Below, piece by piece: positions 17,205 to 25,395 of a DNA stretch of 32,000 bases. How positions within the stretch are numbered: the first letter of the stretch is position 1; every line of letters begins with the position of its first letter. Both the position numbers and the translations under genes were made by a program. The notes under the pieces are model-generated. The model searched no databases. It was not told where the DNA came from and saw nothing but the letters and a program-made list of their open reading frames with translations. The stretch comes from Promethearchaeum syntrophicum (GTDB taxonomy: Archaea; Asgardarchaeota; Lokiarchaeia; Sigyniarchaeales; Promethearchaeaceae), in the NCBI RefSeq assembly GCF_008000775.2, contig NZ_CP042905.2:2190001-2222000 (forward strand). Direction: 5' to 3'.

Positions 17205-17885
17205 ATGGAAACCAACGATTTCAATAAAAATTTAAACCAAATTGAAGAAATACTCTCAGATTTTATTCAAATTTTTCCAATTCTCATGGGTTTATATAGT
17301 AAAATCAAAATGAACGAAGGATATAAAGAAAAGAAAAATCTTGAACTCTTCGAGAATTTAATTGAATTAAGTATCAAATCTAAAATCATATTGGAAAACT
17401 TTGCCATCAAAAAAGATTTACGATTTGAGCGGTTATTCGATCTAAAAACCATATGGCAAGGTAAAAAACGCGAAGATATGCTATTAATTTTAGAAAAATC
17501 TATGAATTTCTATCCTATAGCAATGCATTATGGTAAAATTCTTGAAAATGAATCAAAATTATCTGAAGATCAATCTTATATTCTTTTAAGAAATATAGTT
17601 TCAATTGGTGAAGATGCACAAATTCCCCAAAAAAGAGATTATGAAACCTATAATTTATTTGGGCAGGTTCAAAGACCAGATCGAAAAACAATAATCCTTA
17701 ATATCAATCCGGAAAATGGTGAGAAGATTTTATCTCTAGAAAAAGCTGATATTCAAGAAGAAGATGGGAATATTTATATTACAATTCCAAAATCTATTGT
17801 TTATGAAAAGGATGAGATTCGGCCGTTTTATGAAAATGATTATAATTATTCAATATTCGTGCTTAAATCAAAGAATAATGATTAG
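17205..17885 (+). CDS. Hypothetical protein ('gene X'), helical N-part plus beta-rich C-terminal module
   Basis: 226-aa ATG ORF. The C-terminal 'DGNIYITIPKSIVYEKDEI' loosely recalls the AbrB/SpoVT 'GRVTIPKEIR' hairpin, which is weak evidence. The last 195 nt are duplicated at 19799..19993. Confidence 0.6.
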   Translation: METNDFNKNLNQIEEILSDFIQIFPILMGLYSKIKMNEGYKEKKNLELFENLIELSIKSKIILENFAIKKDLRFERLFDLKTIWQGKKREDMLLILEKSMNFYPIAMHYGKILENESKLSEDQSYILLRNIVSIGEDAQIPQKRDYETYNLFGQVQRPDRKTIILNINPENGEKILSLEKADIQEEDGNIYITIPKSIVYEKDEIRPFYENDYNYSIFVLKSKNND

Positions 17886-18104
17886 AAAAATTAGAAAAAC
17901 CTTTATTAAAATTCATTTTTCTTAAATTGTCAATTCTTTAACGTAAAATTAAATAAATTACACAATTTTCTTTTTTTTTTTCATAAAATAATTTAATTTT
18001 ATCGAGAAAATCATTTATATAATTCTTCAACCATTTTCAGTAAATGTTGATTGATTGGAATTTGGGATTTATTTATTTGAAACCATTGCAAAAGATGGAT
18101 CAAC

Positions 18105-18512
18105 ATGGGTCAAAACCAAGGTGTAATTGATGTTAAGGTTGGTGTTGTTCCCGAAACTCCTATTTTTACTACTTTAACTCAGACAATCAACTCATCTGAA
18201 TTTACAATTGAATGGACTGCATCTAACTACACAGATGTTTATAATATTTATTTAGATGATACAATTGCAGGAAATACGACAATAACTGAATTTTTATTAG
18301 AATTTGATAATAATGGCGATTACATTGTTGGACTTTCTGTCCAAAATGAATACGGAATATCAAATCGGGCACTACCCATAACGATAATCGACGAAAATCC
18401 CAATTTTAAAGAATCTAACGATAATCATTATAGGTATTTCTTCGGAGGTGGATGGATAATAGTTGCAGGGTTTATTGGAGTTGCCTTTGTTAAAATGAAA
18501 TTGAAGAAGTAA
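18105..18512 (+). CDS. FN3/Ig-like domain protein with C-terminal TM anchor and basic tail
   Basis: 135 aa. The FN3-like pattern is 'PETPIFTTLTQTINSSEFTIEWTASNYTDVYNIYLDD...GDYIVGLSVQNEYGISN'. The C-terminus is 'GGGWIIVAGFIGVAFVKMKLKK'. No N-terminal signal peptide is visible. Confidence 0.5.
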   Translation: MGQNQGVIDVKVGVVPETPIFTTLTQTINSSEFTIEWTASNYTDVYNIYLDDTIAGNTTITEFLLEFDNNGDYIVGLSVQNEYGISNRALPITIIDENPNFKESNDNHYRYFFGGGWIIVAGFIGVAFVKMKLKK

Positions 18513-18532
18513 GCTCCTTTTTTTTCATGTTC

Positions 18533-19354
18533 TTATGGAGTCTTGGTAGAGCGTGACAGCTTTGTTGGACCCCATATGATGATAATTATTACTACAATAA
18601 TAATAGTAGTAAAAAATCCAATCCAACGGCCTATTCTGGTATACCAATAATGAATTGTGGCTGCAGATAAATTCATCATCCAATGGAATAAAATCGATAT
18701 TGACAAACTTCCTTTAGTATTGTTGTAAAGCCATGAATATAGTACAGATAATATAAGATTCATTAAGAAAAACTCGTAAAATGGGTAATTTGATTGAGTG
18801 GTTCCAGAAATAAAGGAAAGGGGTAAGTGCCATAGACTCCAAAAAAAACCTAATATTAAACTTGAGATTAGCGCATTATATTTTTTCTGAATTTTATCAA
18901 GAGCATATCCACGCCATCCAAACTCCTCTGCAATTGGTCCCCCAATGAAAAGAATCATAAAGAAATCCATTAAAATTTGCAATATCGGAGAAATCATTGA
19001 GTATTCTGCTGGGAATGTTTCGATTTGAATCATAATAATTAAAGTGATACTAGATGTAATAAATCCAAGAAAAATAGTGGGGATTAACCATTTCTTATCA
19101 AAATTCCACTGCCACGCTCTTTTCAACAAATTTTTTACACCCTCTATTTTCTTATATCGAAATATTATTATTATTGCAATTATTGAAGGACCAAAAGAAG
19201 CAAAAATACCACAGAAGAAAGGAATCGCCTCATGGATTGAAATTACTCCTTGGGAATTTAGAACACCGGGTAACCAGAATAGCCATGACCATATAAAGGT
19301 ATAAAGAAAGAATATGAAAAGATGATTTTCATTATTTATTTTAACTTCGCTCAT
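18533..19354 (-). CDS. CPBP-family intramembrane glutamic endopeptidase (CAAX protease / Abi)
   Basis: 273 aa and polytopic. The three family motifs are present: 'EEFGWR' (EExxxR), 'FFWSLWH' (FxxxH) and 'FHWMMN' (HxxxN). Confidence 0.85.
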   Translation of the reverse strand: MSEVKINNENHLFIFFLYTFIWSWLFWLPGVLNSQGVISIHEAIPFFCGIFASFGPSIIAIIIIFRYKKIEGVKNLLKRAWQWNFDKKWLIPTIFLGFITSSITLIIMIQIETFPAEYSMISPILQILMDFFMILFIGGPIAEEFGWRGYALDKIQKKYNALISSLILGFFWSLWHLPLSFISGTTQSNYPFYEFFLMNLILSVLYSWLYNNTKGSLSISILFHWMMNLSAATIHYWYTRIGRWIGFFTTIIIVVIIIIIWGPTKLSRSTKTP

Positions 19355-19427
19355 AAATACTCAAAAAAAAGGTTCTATATAAATCGCATTCCTAAAAATT
19401 TCCTTATTAGAGTGAAAACAAAAGATA

Positions 19428-19622
19428 ATGAAATTGAGGGTTATATCGCTGCTAATTCTCATTATTTGGATTATCTTTATGATTTTTTATTCAAGTTTCG
19501 AAAATTTTAATCGTCACCCTATGCTTTACGGCATTTTAATGCTTATGACATTTCTAAATATTTTAACAGCTAAAATTAAGAAGTTAGAAGAAAAAAAGAC
19601 TTTGGAATCCAATGATATCTAA
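19428..19622 (+). CDS. Small 2-TM membrane protein (paralog of 21308..21535)
   Basis: 64 aa. 'RHPMLYGILMLMTFLNILTAKIKKLEE...NDI' closely matches 'RHPMLYSILMLMTFHNIFTARIKKLEE...NDI' in the 75-aa ORF. Confidence 0.55.
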   Translation: MKLRVISLLILIIWIIFMIFYSSFENFNRHPMLYGILMLMTFLNILTAKIKKLEEKKTLESNDI

Positions 19623-19791
19623 AAATTTGATTATTTGTGTATGTTAGCTTAGGTAATTTGAAATAGATCCATTTTTTTATTTAATTTTTTATCATTATTC
19701 TGAAATCAGCCAAAAGTTTCTGATAATAAAAGAGATGTTAATTATATCACGTTCGTGGATGAAAAATAAAAGAAAAATTAAAATAAAATTT
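19441..19791 (+). repeat. Segmental duplication, copy 1 (small TM gene plus downstream non-coding core)
   Basis: Aligns by eye to 21354..21671. The 80-nt block 19711-19790 matches 21591-21670 at 76/80 positions. Confidence 0.8.
19738..19757 (+). promoter_or_regulatory. TATA-like box TTAATTATAT plus palindrome CACGTTCGTG (copy 1)
   Basis: Identical 20-mer in both duplicated cores. The palindrome is the only GC-containing island in an AT-rich spacer. Confidence 0.3.
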
Positions 19792-19795
19792 TAAA

Positions 19796-19993
19796 ACGAT
19801 AATTCTTAATATAAATCCCGAAAATGGTGAGAAGATTTTATCTGTAGAAAAAGCAGATATTCAGGAAGAAAATGGGAAGATTTTTATTACAATTCCAAAG
19901 TCCGTTGTTTATGAAAAGGATGAGATAAGACCATTTTATGAGGATGAATATAATTTTTCTGTATTCGTTCTAAAATCAAAGAATGATGATTGA
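19796..19993 (+). pseudogene. Start-less copy of the 3' end (last 64 codons) of gene X
   Basis: 19799..19993 aligns without gaps to 17691..17885, about 86% identical by my count. The frame is intact ('IILNINPENGEKILSVEKADIQEENGKIFITIPKSVVYEKDEIRPFYEDEYNFSVFVLKSKNDD*'). A TAA closes the frame at 19784-19786, and there is no in-frame ATG/GTG/TTG downstream of it before the homologous region. Confidence 0.65.
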
Positions 19994-20163
19994 GACTCAT
20001 AAACAAACCCTTTTTTTTTATTCAATATTCATCTTGTTTCATTCTATCATAAAATATACTATTCCAAACCAGAAATTTTTCTGTAGAACTAATGATGGAA
20101 TGGTATAATTGAATATTAATTATTTCTTTTTCTTTCTGATTTCACTCTATTTGTTATTATTCT

Positions 20164-20183
20164 AAGAAAAATTTATTTTTCTT
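20164..20183. promoter_or_regulatory. Inverted repeat AAGAAAAAT-tt-ATTTTTCTT (operator-like site 1)
   Basis: 9-bp arms with a 2-nt spacer. It matches the second site at 20242..20261 at 17/20 positions. Confidence 0.3.
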
Positions 20184-20241
20184 CGTTAGAAAAATTATTT
20201 TATCAAAAATCAATAAAAAGAAGATTTTCCTTAATATTCTT

Positions 20242-20261
20242 GAGAAGAATTTATTTTTCTC
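20242..20261. promoter_or_regulatory. Inverted repeat GAGAAGAAT-tt-ATTTTTCTC (operator-like site 2)
   Basis: Near-palindrome with one arm mismatch, ending 12 nt upstream of the ATG of the wHTH gene at 20273. Confidence 0.3.
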
Positions 20262-20272
20262 AGTGATTAAAA

Positions 20273-20833
20273 ATGAGTATTCCATCTGAAGATGTTCTTT
20301 TACAGGCAGTAAATCATAAAATTAGGAGAAAAATTCTCCAAATTGTGAATGATAATAAAGGTAGAAGTTATACAACGCTTCTTGAAACATTTGATATATC
20401 CAATGGAAAATTGAATTATCATCTAAAACTATTAAAAGGCTTTATACAAAAAGATGTAAATGGATATTACCAAATTACACCTTTAGGAATAAGAACACTC
20501 AAAATATTGGAAGATTTTATGCAAGAAATAAGTGAAGAAGAAAGACCTCTAATAAAAGAAGCGTATTTATCCCAAAAAGAAAATGATAAGTCTTTTATTG
20601 AACTACAATACGTGTCTGGGTATCGATTTAAGATAGTATTATTGATTGGATTGTATGCTATTATGATGATTGTAGGGATTCAGTACATTCCTGAAAATCC
20701 ATCATTTTATATTCCATTTCTTATAGCATTATCCGTTATAATCGTGCCAGGCATTGTCTTTCTTTTTAGAGTACAAAAAAAATCAGCTATATTCGCACGT
20801 AAAGTAGATAGATTACTCGATGATATGGAATAA
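20273..20833 (+). CDS. Membrane-tethered winged-helix (ArsR-like) transcription regulator
   Basis: 186 aa. The N-terminal wHTH pattern is 'HKIRRKILQIVNDNKGRSYTTLLETFDISNGKLNYHLKLLKGFIQKDVNGYYQITPLG'. Two C-terminal TM helices follow ('IVLLIGLYAIMMIVGI', 'FYIPFLIALSVIIVPGIVFLF'). Confidence 0.75.
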   Translation: MSIPSEDVLLQAVNHKIRRKILQIVNDNKGRSYTTLLETFDISNGKLNYHLKLLKGFIQKDVNGYYQITPLGIRTLKILEDFMQEISEEERPLIKEAYLSQKENDKSFIELQYVSGYRFKIVLLIGLYAIMMIVGIQYIPENPSFYIPFLIALSVIIVPGIVFLFRVQKKSAIFARKVDRLLDDME

Positions 20834-21017
20834 ATTCAAATTTTAAATGAATTCCCTTCATTTGTTGCTTAAGTAGAGTTTAGAGCATATATTTACATTA
20901 GTAGTGGACTTTAGGAAAAAATGGAATAGCATAAGAAAGACTTGAAAAAATTTAGTAAACGAATTAAAAAAACATTAGAAAACCAAATCAACTAAAAATA
21001 AACGATCTGATAAAAAA

Positions 21018-21284
21018 ATGATTGATAAAAACATGTATAAGAGATTAAGAATGGCGGTAGCAATAATGCTGCTGATAATGGTAGGAATATGGCTCATTGA
21101 AATAATATATTTAATGATCAATGGAGCAGATATTGAAGTGGTAATTGGTGATGAAGATAATTTTGTATGGATGATATTTTTGCTTCAACCTATGTCTATA
21201 TTGACTTTATTACCGGTAATTCTTTTAATGACTAAAAAAATTGAAAAGAAGGAAACTTCAATCGAGAAGTTGCAGGTTAATTAA
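21018..21284 (+). CDS. Small 2-TM membrane protein
   Basis: 88-aa ATG ORF with two hydrophobic helices. It lies between the wHTH gene and the 75-aa small TM gene on the same strand. Confidence 0.45.
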   Translation: MIDKNMYKRLRMAVAIMLLIMVGIWLIEIIYLMINGADIEVVIGDEDNFVWMIFLLQPMSILTLLPVILLMTKKIEKKETSIEKLQVN

Positions 21285-21307
21285 AAAAATATAATGGAAG
21301 AATAAAT

Positions 21308-21535
21308 ATGGATGAACTAGAAAAACTATATCGAGGTCGAGCTGCTGTAGGCATTATCTCAATACTAATTCTCATAACTTGGATTATCTATATGATTCTT
21401 TATTGTAGTTTTGAGTATTTTTATCGTCACCCTATGCTTTACAGCATTTTAATGCTTATGACATTTCATAATATTTTCACTGCTAGAATTAAGAAGTTAG
21501 AAGAAAACTATACTTCAGAAACCAATGATATCTAA
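21308..21535 (+). CDS. Small 2-TM membrane protein (paralog of 19428..19622)
   Basis: 75-aa ATG ORF starting 23 nt after the previous gene. See the paralog evidence above. Confidence 0.55.
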   Translation: MDELEKLYRGRAAVGIISILILITWIIYMILYCSFEYFYRHPMLYSILMLMTFHNIFTARIKKLEENYTSETNDI

Positions 21536-21671
21536 GAATATGAATATAAACCAATTTTTTTTTATTTAATCTCATTTTTCTTAAATCATCCAAAAGTATC
21601 TGAGAATAAAAGAGACGTTAATTATATCACGTTCGTGGATGAAAAATAAAGGAAAAATTAAAATAAAATTT
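21354..21671 (+). repeat. Segmental duplication, copy 2
   Basis: Aligns to 19441..19791. The intergenic part after the stop codon contains indels, then comes the 95%-identical 80-nt core. Confidence 0.8.
21618..21637 (+). promoter_or_regulatory. TATA-like box TTAATTATAT plus palindrome CACGTTCGTG (copy 2), upstream of longin-like paralog 2
   Basis: Identical to 19738..19757. It lies about 95-110 nt upstream of ATG 21730. Confidence 0.3.
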
Positions 21672-21729
21672 ACTATAATCATTTTTGAGGGATATTTTAA
21701 GTGAAACCTTTTTTTGGTGAAATAATTTG

Positions 21730-22578
21730 ATGAAGCATTTCTGGGTAATTTATTCGCAAAGTTCAGTTTCGCTCTTTTACAAAAACTATTCAGACTTTAA
21801 TCTGGACCCAGATCTAGTAAGTGGATTCTTAAGCGCTTTAAATTATTTTTCAGAATCTGAACTTGATTCTCAAGAGATTCTATCAATTGAAATGTCCGGT
21901 CTAAAGTGGGTGTATTCATACCATAAAGAAATGGGATTACTTTTAGTTGCTGCTTGTGAACCAAGTGCTGATACTAAAGTAATATTAGCTAGATTGCAAG
22001 TTATTTACAAAATGTTTGTTGAGCAGTTCAATTTAACTCCTGAATTACTTAATAAAGTTATTGTTGATCAAGAAAAATATGCTCCATTTGAAGAAATTCT
22101 TGACATGCTTTCAATGCAATGGAAACAAGCAGAAAAACTTATGAGCAGCAGTGGGGCTGCACATATATTCGATTTAATGCTCGTGTTTCAACAAATTTAT
22201 AATCATTTTAATAAGATTATTAGAAAAAAATTCCATAAAGAAGATTATGACAATGTAATTGATGAAATTGGAATGATTCTTAAAAATCTAAAGGAATCTC
22301 CTGAATTTAAGGAGAATCCGGAGTTATCGAAAATCTCATTCTCGAAACACGGATGGTCCGTTATCACCCTAAATCCTATGATATTGGACGAAGAAGTGCT
22401 TAAAAGAACATTAATTATGATTTTACTCCATCTTAATAACGTTCTTAAAGCTCATATGCGCGATTATCCTCGATTTAATGCATATTCAAAGGGAATTTAC
22501 AAATATCTGATTGAACAATTTGATCTTTTAAATAAATTAGATCTTGTCCGTATTCTATTACAGATGTTTATTCAATAA
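21730..22578 (+). CDS. Paralog 2 of the longin/roadblock-like family
   Basis: The track starts at TTG 21727. ATG 21730 gives 'MKHFWVIYSQSSVSLFYKNYSDF...'. It is collinear with paralog 3 over its full length, roughly half the residues identical by eye. Confidence 0.75.
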   Translation: MKHFWVIYSQSSVSLFYKNYSDFNLDPDLVSGFLSALNYFSESELDSQEILSIEMSGLKWVYSYHKEMGLLLVAACEPSADTKVILARLQVIYKMFVEQFNLTPELLNKVIVDQEKYAPFEEILDMLSMQWKQAEKLMSSSGAAHIFDLMLVFQQIYNHFNKIIRKKFHKEDYDNVIDEIGMILKNLKESPEFKENPELSKISFSKHGWSVITLNPMILDEEVLKRTLIMILLHLNNVLKAHMRDYPRFNAYSKGIYKYLIEQFDLLNKLDLVRILLQMFIQ

Positions 22579-22660
22579 AACTCCTAAAAGGTATGTGTGT
22601 GTTTCACTAATCCAATTTGATAAGGAACCTGATAGAAAATTATTGGATTTCTTAGAATTA

Positions 22661-23365
22661 TCAGAGAATACCCCGTTTCTTTAGTTCGTTTTTTATTTGG
22701 ATAGAAGATTGCATCCAGATCCCAATAACGCCGAGTTTTTCTGCTTCAATAACGTTCTTTTCTAAATCATCGATGAACATCACTTGATAAGGCTCCAAAT
22801 TTAACGAAGCTAAAGTTTTTTGATATATTTCCAATTCTGGTTTGCGAGCGTGCAATTCGTGTGAGAAGAAAGTTGACTCAAAAGAAGAAAATAATTGCGG
22901 AAATCGTTGCTTGATATCTTGGGCATGTAATTCGTTGATATTTGATAAAGCATATATTTTAAATCTCTCACGTAATTGTCCCACCAATGTAACCATCTTT
23001 GGATTTATTCCTATGTTTGTGTAAATCCATCCTCTTTTAAATTGCTCAAATTCCCAAGTAATATTCATTTCCTTTGTTAAATATTCGTAAAATTCAAACG
23101 CAGTTATCAAACCTTTTTCAAATTGATATAGAATCTCACTTTCATACGCGAAGTGAGATCGAAAGATCTTAGCCTCGTAGTTAGTCAATTCTGCCCATTT
23201 TTGATACGCTCGTTCAAATGAAAAGTTAATTAATACTCCCCCTAAGTCAAAAATGATTACTTTAATTTGAGTCATATTCCTTTTACCTTCTTTACCGAAA
23301 AAACTATCTAATATAAGAAAAACCCCAATTATAAATAATTTTAACCCAAAACTTTCAAAAATCAT
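22661..23365 (-). CDS. HAD-superfamily phosphatase (subfamily IA-like)
   Basis: Motif I is 'VIIFDLGGVL', motif II 'YALSN', motif III 'ARKPE' and motif IV 'MFIDDLEKN'. The catalytic core begins at internal ATG 23275 (MTQIKVIIFD...). The upstream 30 codons are hydrophobic and may be an anchor or may not be translated. Confidence 0.85.
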   Translation of the reverse strand: MIFESFGLKLFIIGVFLILDSFFGKEGKRNMTQIKVIIFDLGGVLINFSFERAYQKWAELTNYEAKIFRSHFAYESEILYQFEKGLITAFEFYEYLTKEMNITWEFEQFKRGWIYTNIGINPKMVTLVGQLRERFKIYALSNINELHAQDIKQRFPQLFSSFESTFFSHELHARKPELEIYQKTLASLNLEPYQVMFIDDLEKNVIEAEKLGVIGIWMQSSIQIKNELKKRGIL

Positions 23366-23648
23366 GAAAAAACTTCTTGATTCATAAATTGATAAAATTT
23401 TCTCAATTGAGCTCGTTTTACTAAAAAAATTTGGAGGAAACCCTCTGTTCCTTTCTCCCCCCAGTAAAAAAACTCTTGCTAGTTTGTAAACCTGAACCTG
23501 AAATATATTTTTGGAGCGCTTTAAGTGGGAATCGCGAGGATCGTAGTAAATTCTGCTGAATAAATAATAGTGAAGATGGAAGTCCGTCTATTCTTAAATA
23601 AAATTAATTATTTAACGGATTAGGAAGATTTTTCTTTTCCTAAACGGT

Positions 23649-25088
23649 CTAAAAAATCAGTAAATACAGGTAGATATATCCTATACCCAGTAAGATATGG
23701 ATGATTGCAAAAAATCCACCAACAATTACAAAATTTTTATAGGTGAAACCTTTTACTTTATGCTTCCGTGCTAATTCTAATGTCATCATATCACAAGCGG
23801 CTCCTTGTGGGAGAAAATTACCTCCTAAATTGATTCCTAATGTAAAAGCTATAAAAATAGGGTTACTAATATATTGATTTGTTGAAATTATATCCGCAAT
23901 TATAGGTAGGAATAATATAGTTATTGGGGCATCATCCATGAGCCCTGATAACAATGAAGATATTATTAGGATTCCAATAGATAATAGAAAAGTATTATGT
24001 TGGGTTAAATTTTCTATTAAATTTTCAAGAATTATTGTCAATTCCGCTAATTCCATAAAATATACAATTAAAAAGAGAATTATGAAAAAATAGATTAATT
24101 TTGCATCAATTCTGTGAAGATAGTTTGATAATGAAGGTTCTTTTTTTCCATTTCTTATTTTTATAGGGTTCAAAAATATGAACAACATTAATCCAAGGAT
24201 TCCTGCAACCACAATGCTCCTTATTGTCGACAGTATAATTATAAAAATAACCAAACCTACCAAATTCTTTTTATATGCTTTCTTTTCAATCTCAATTGCC
24301 AGTATTTTTTTGGTGGATTTAACTTCGATTAATTTGATTTGTTGACTATGTGGAACTTCAATCGTAGTTAAATGGATTTTTTTTGGATTATCTGATTGTA
24401 AATCTTTTAAATCTAAGTATCCTGGTATCGAAGAATCAAATTCGTCATTATATTCTTTTAAATACTTAGTTAAAATTAATCTATCTAATAAGAACAGTGT
24501 TATTGCTAAACTGAATATAAAATAGATTCCCAAATAAATTATATGCCAATGTAAATCTAAATTGAACCTATTTGCAATAATTATATTTTCAGCAGAACCA
24601 AATGGAGTAAGTGTGCTCGCCAAGTTAATACAAATAGTTACCCCATACATATATGGAATAGGATTAATTTTCATTTTTCGACAAGCTTCAATAACAATCG
24701 GAATAAAAATAATGGCCACGCTTAAATCCTCAATTATTGTAGCTATAAGAGTAGACACAATACTAAGTATATAGAACAATAACCGAGGTTTTCCGTGAAA
24801 TTTATTTACAATAATTATAGCAAATTGATGGAAAATTTTTTGTTCATTTAAAATCTCTACGATACAAAATAAGCAAAATAAAAACACAATTACTTCCCAA
24901 TCAATTGCTAAAATAACATCTTCTTTATTGTCCATTGAGCCAGGTTTCAAAAAATAAGTACTAATTGCAACGATAAAAATAAAGACTAAAGAATAGATTA
25001 GGTAATCTTTTGATTCCATAAATAATATAATAATAATTCCAGTAAAACACAATCCAACTATTATCTGAAGTATTAATATATTTTCCAT
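23649..25088 (-). CDS. Ion-transporter-superfamily permease (ArsB/NhaD/CitMHS-like anion transporter)
   Basis: 479 aa. Two polytopic halves are separated by a hydrophilic loop. The hairpin-like motifs 'LTPFGSAENIIIANR' and 'LGGNFLPQGAACDMM' are typical of this superfamily. Confidence 0.8.
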   Translation of the reverse strand: MENILILQIIVGLCFTGIIIILFMESKDYLIYSLVFIFIVAISTYFLKPGSMDNKEDVILAIDWEVIVFLFCLFCIVEILNEQKIFHQFAIIIVNKFHGKPRLLFYILSIVSTLIATIIEDLSVAIIFIPIVIEACRKMKINPIPYMYGVTICINLASTLTPFGSAENIIIANRFNLDLHWHIIYLGIYFIFSLAITLFLLDRLILTKYLKEYNDEFDSSIPGYLDLKDLQSDNPKKIHLTTIEVPHSQQIKLIEVKSTKKILAIEIEKKAYKKNLVGLVIFIIILSTIRSIVVAGILGLMLFIFLNPIKIRNGKKEPSLSNYLHRIDAKLIYFFIILFLIVYFMELAELTIILENLIENLTQHNTFLLSIGILIISSLLSGLMDDAPITILFLPIIADIISTNQYISNPIFIAFTLGINLGGNFLPQGAACDMMTLELARKHKVKGFTYKNFVIVGGFFAIIHILLGIGYIYLYLLIF

Positions 25089-25395
25089 ATAGATATCACA
25101 CTTGGCTTAGTTGAAAGATCATCATATCAATTAAAATTTTAGAAAGATAAATTATATGCATATAACTCGAAAATTATGCATTAATTAAATGTTGGTTTTG
25201 GCTGCAGTTTCAAGATGTACCTTAATATGCATTCTTTTTATTGAACTATTGATATATAAAACTTTGTGTAATAAAATGATAAAGAACTGACAAAATATCT
25301 TTTATTTTTTTTCATCACAATTTCATTTATATTTTTTTTTTACCACAAATTTTTACCCCAATGTTCAATATTGATATTTAGAGGGAAAATATTAG

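Noticed and set aside
19044-19510. + strand ORFs 19044..19304 and 19322..19510 overlapping the CPBP gene and its upstream region.
   Set aside because: The first is antisense to the motif-bearing CPBP protease. The second is low-complexity, overlaps the CPBP start and overlaps the better-supported paralogous small TM gene at 19428.
23276-23365. A 30-codon hydrophobic N-terminal extension of the HAD phosphatase, considered as a possible separate feature or signal anchor.
   Set aside because: I cannot tell from sequence alone whether translation starts at 23365 or 23275. The region is not independent of the HAD ORF, so I only noted it in that feature.
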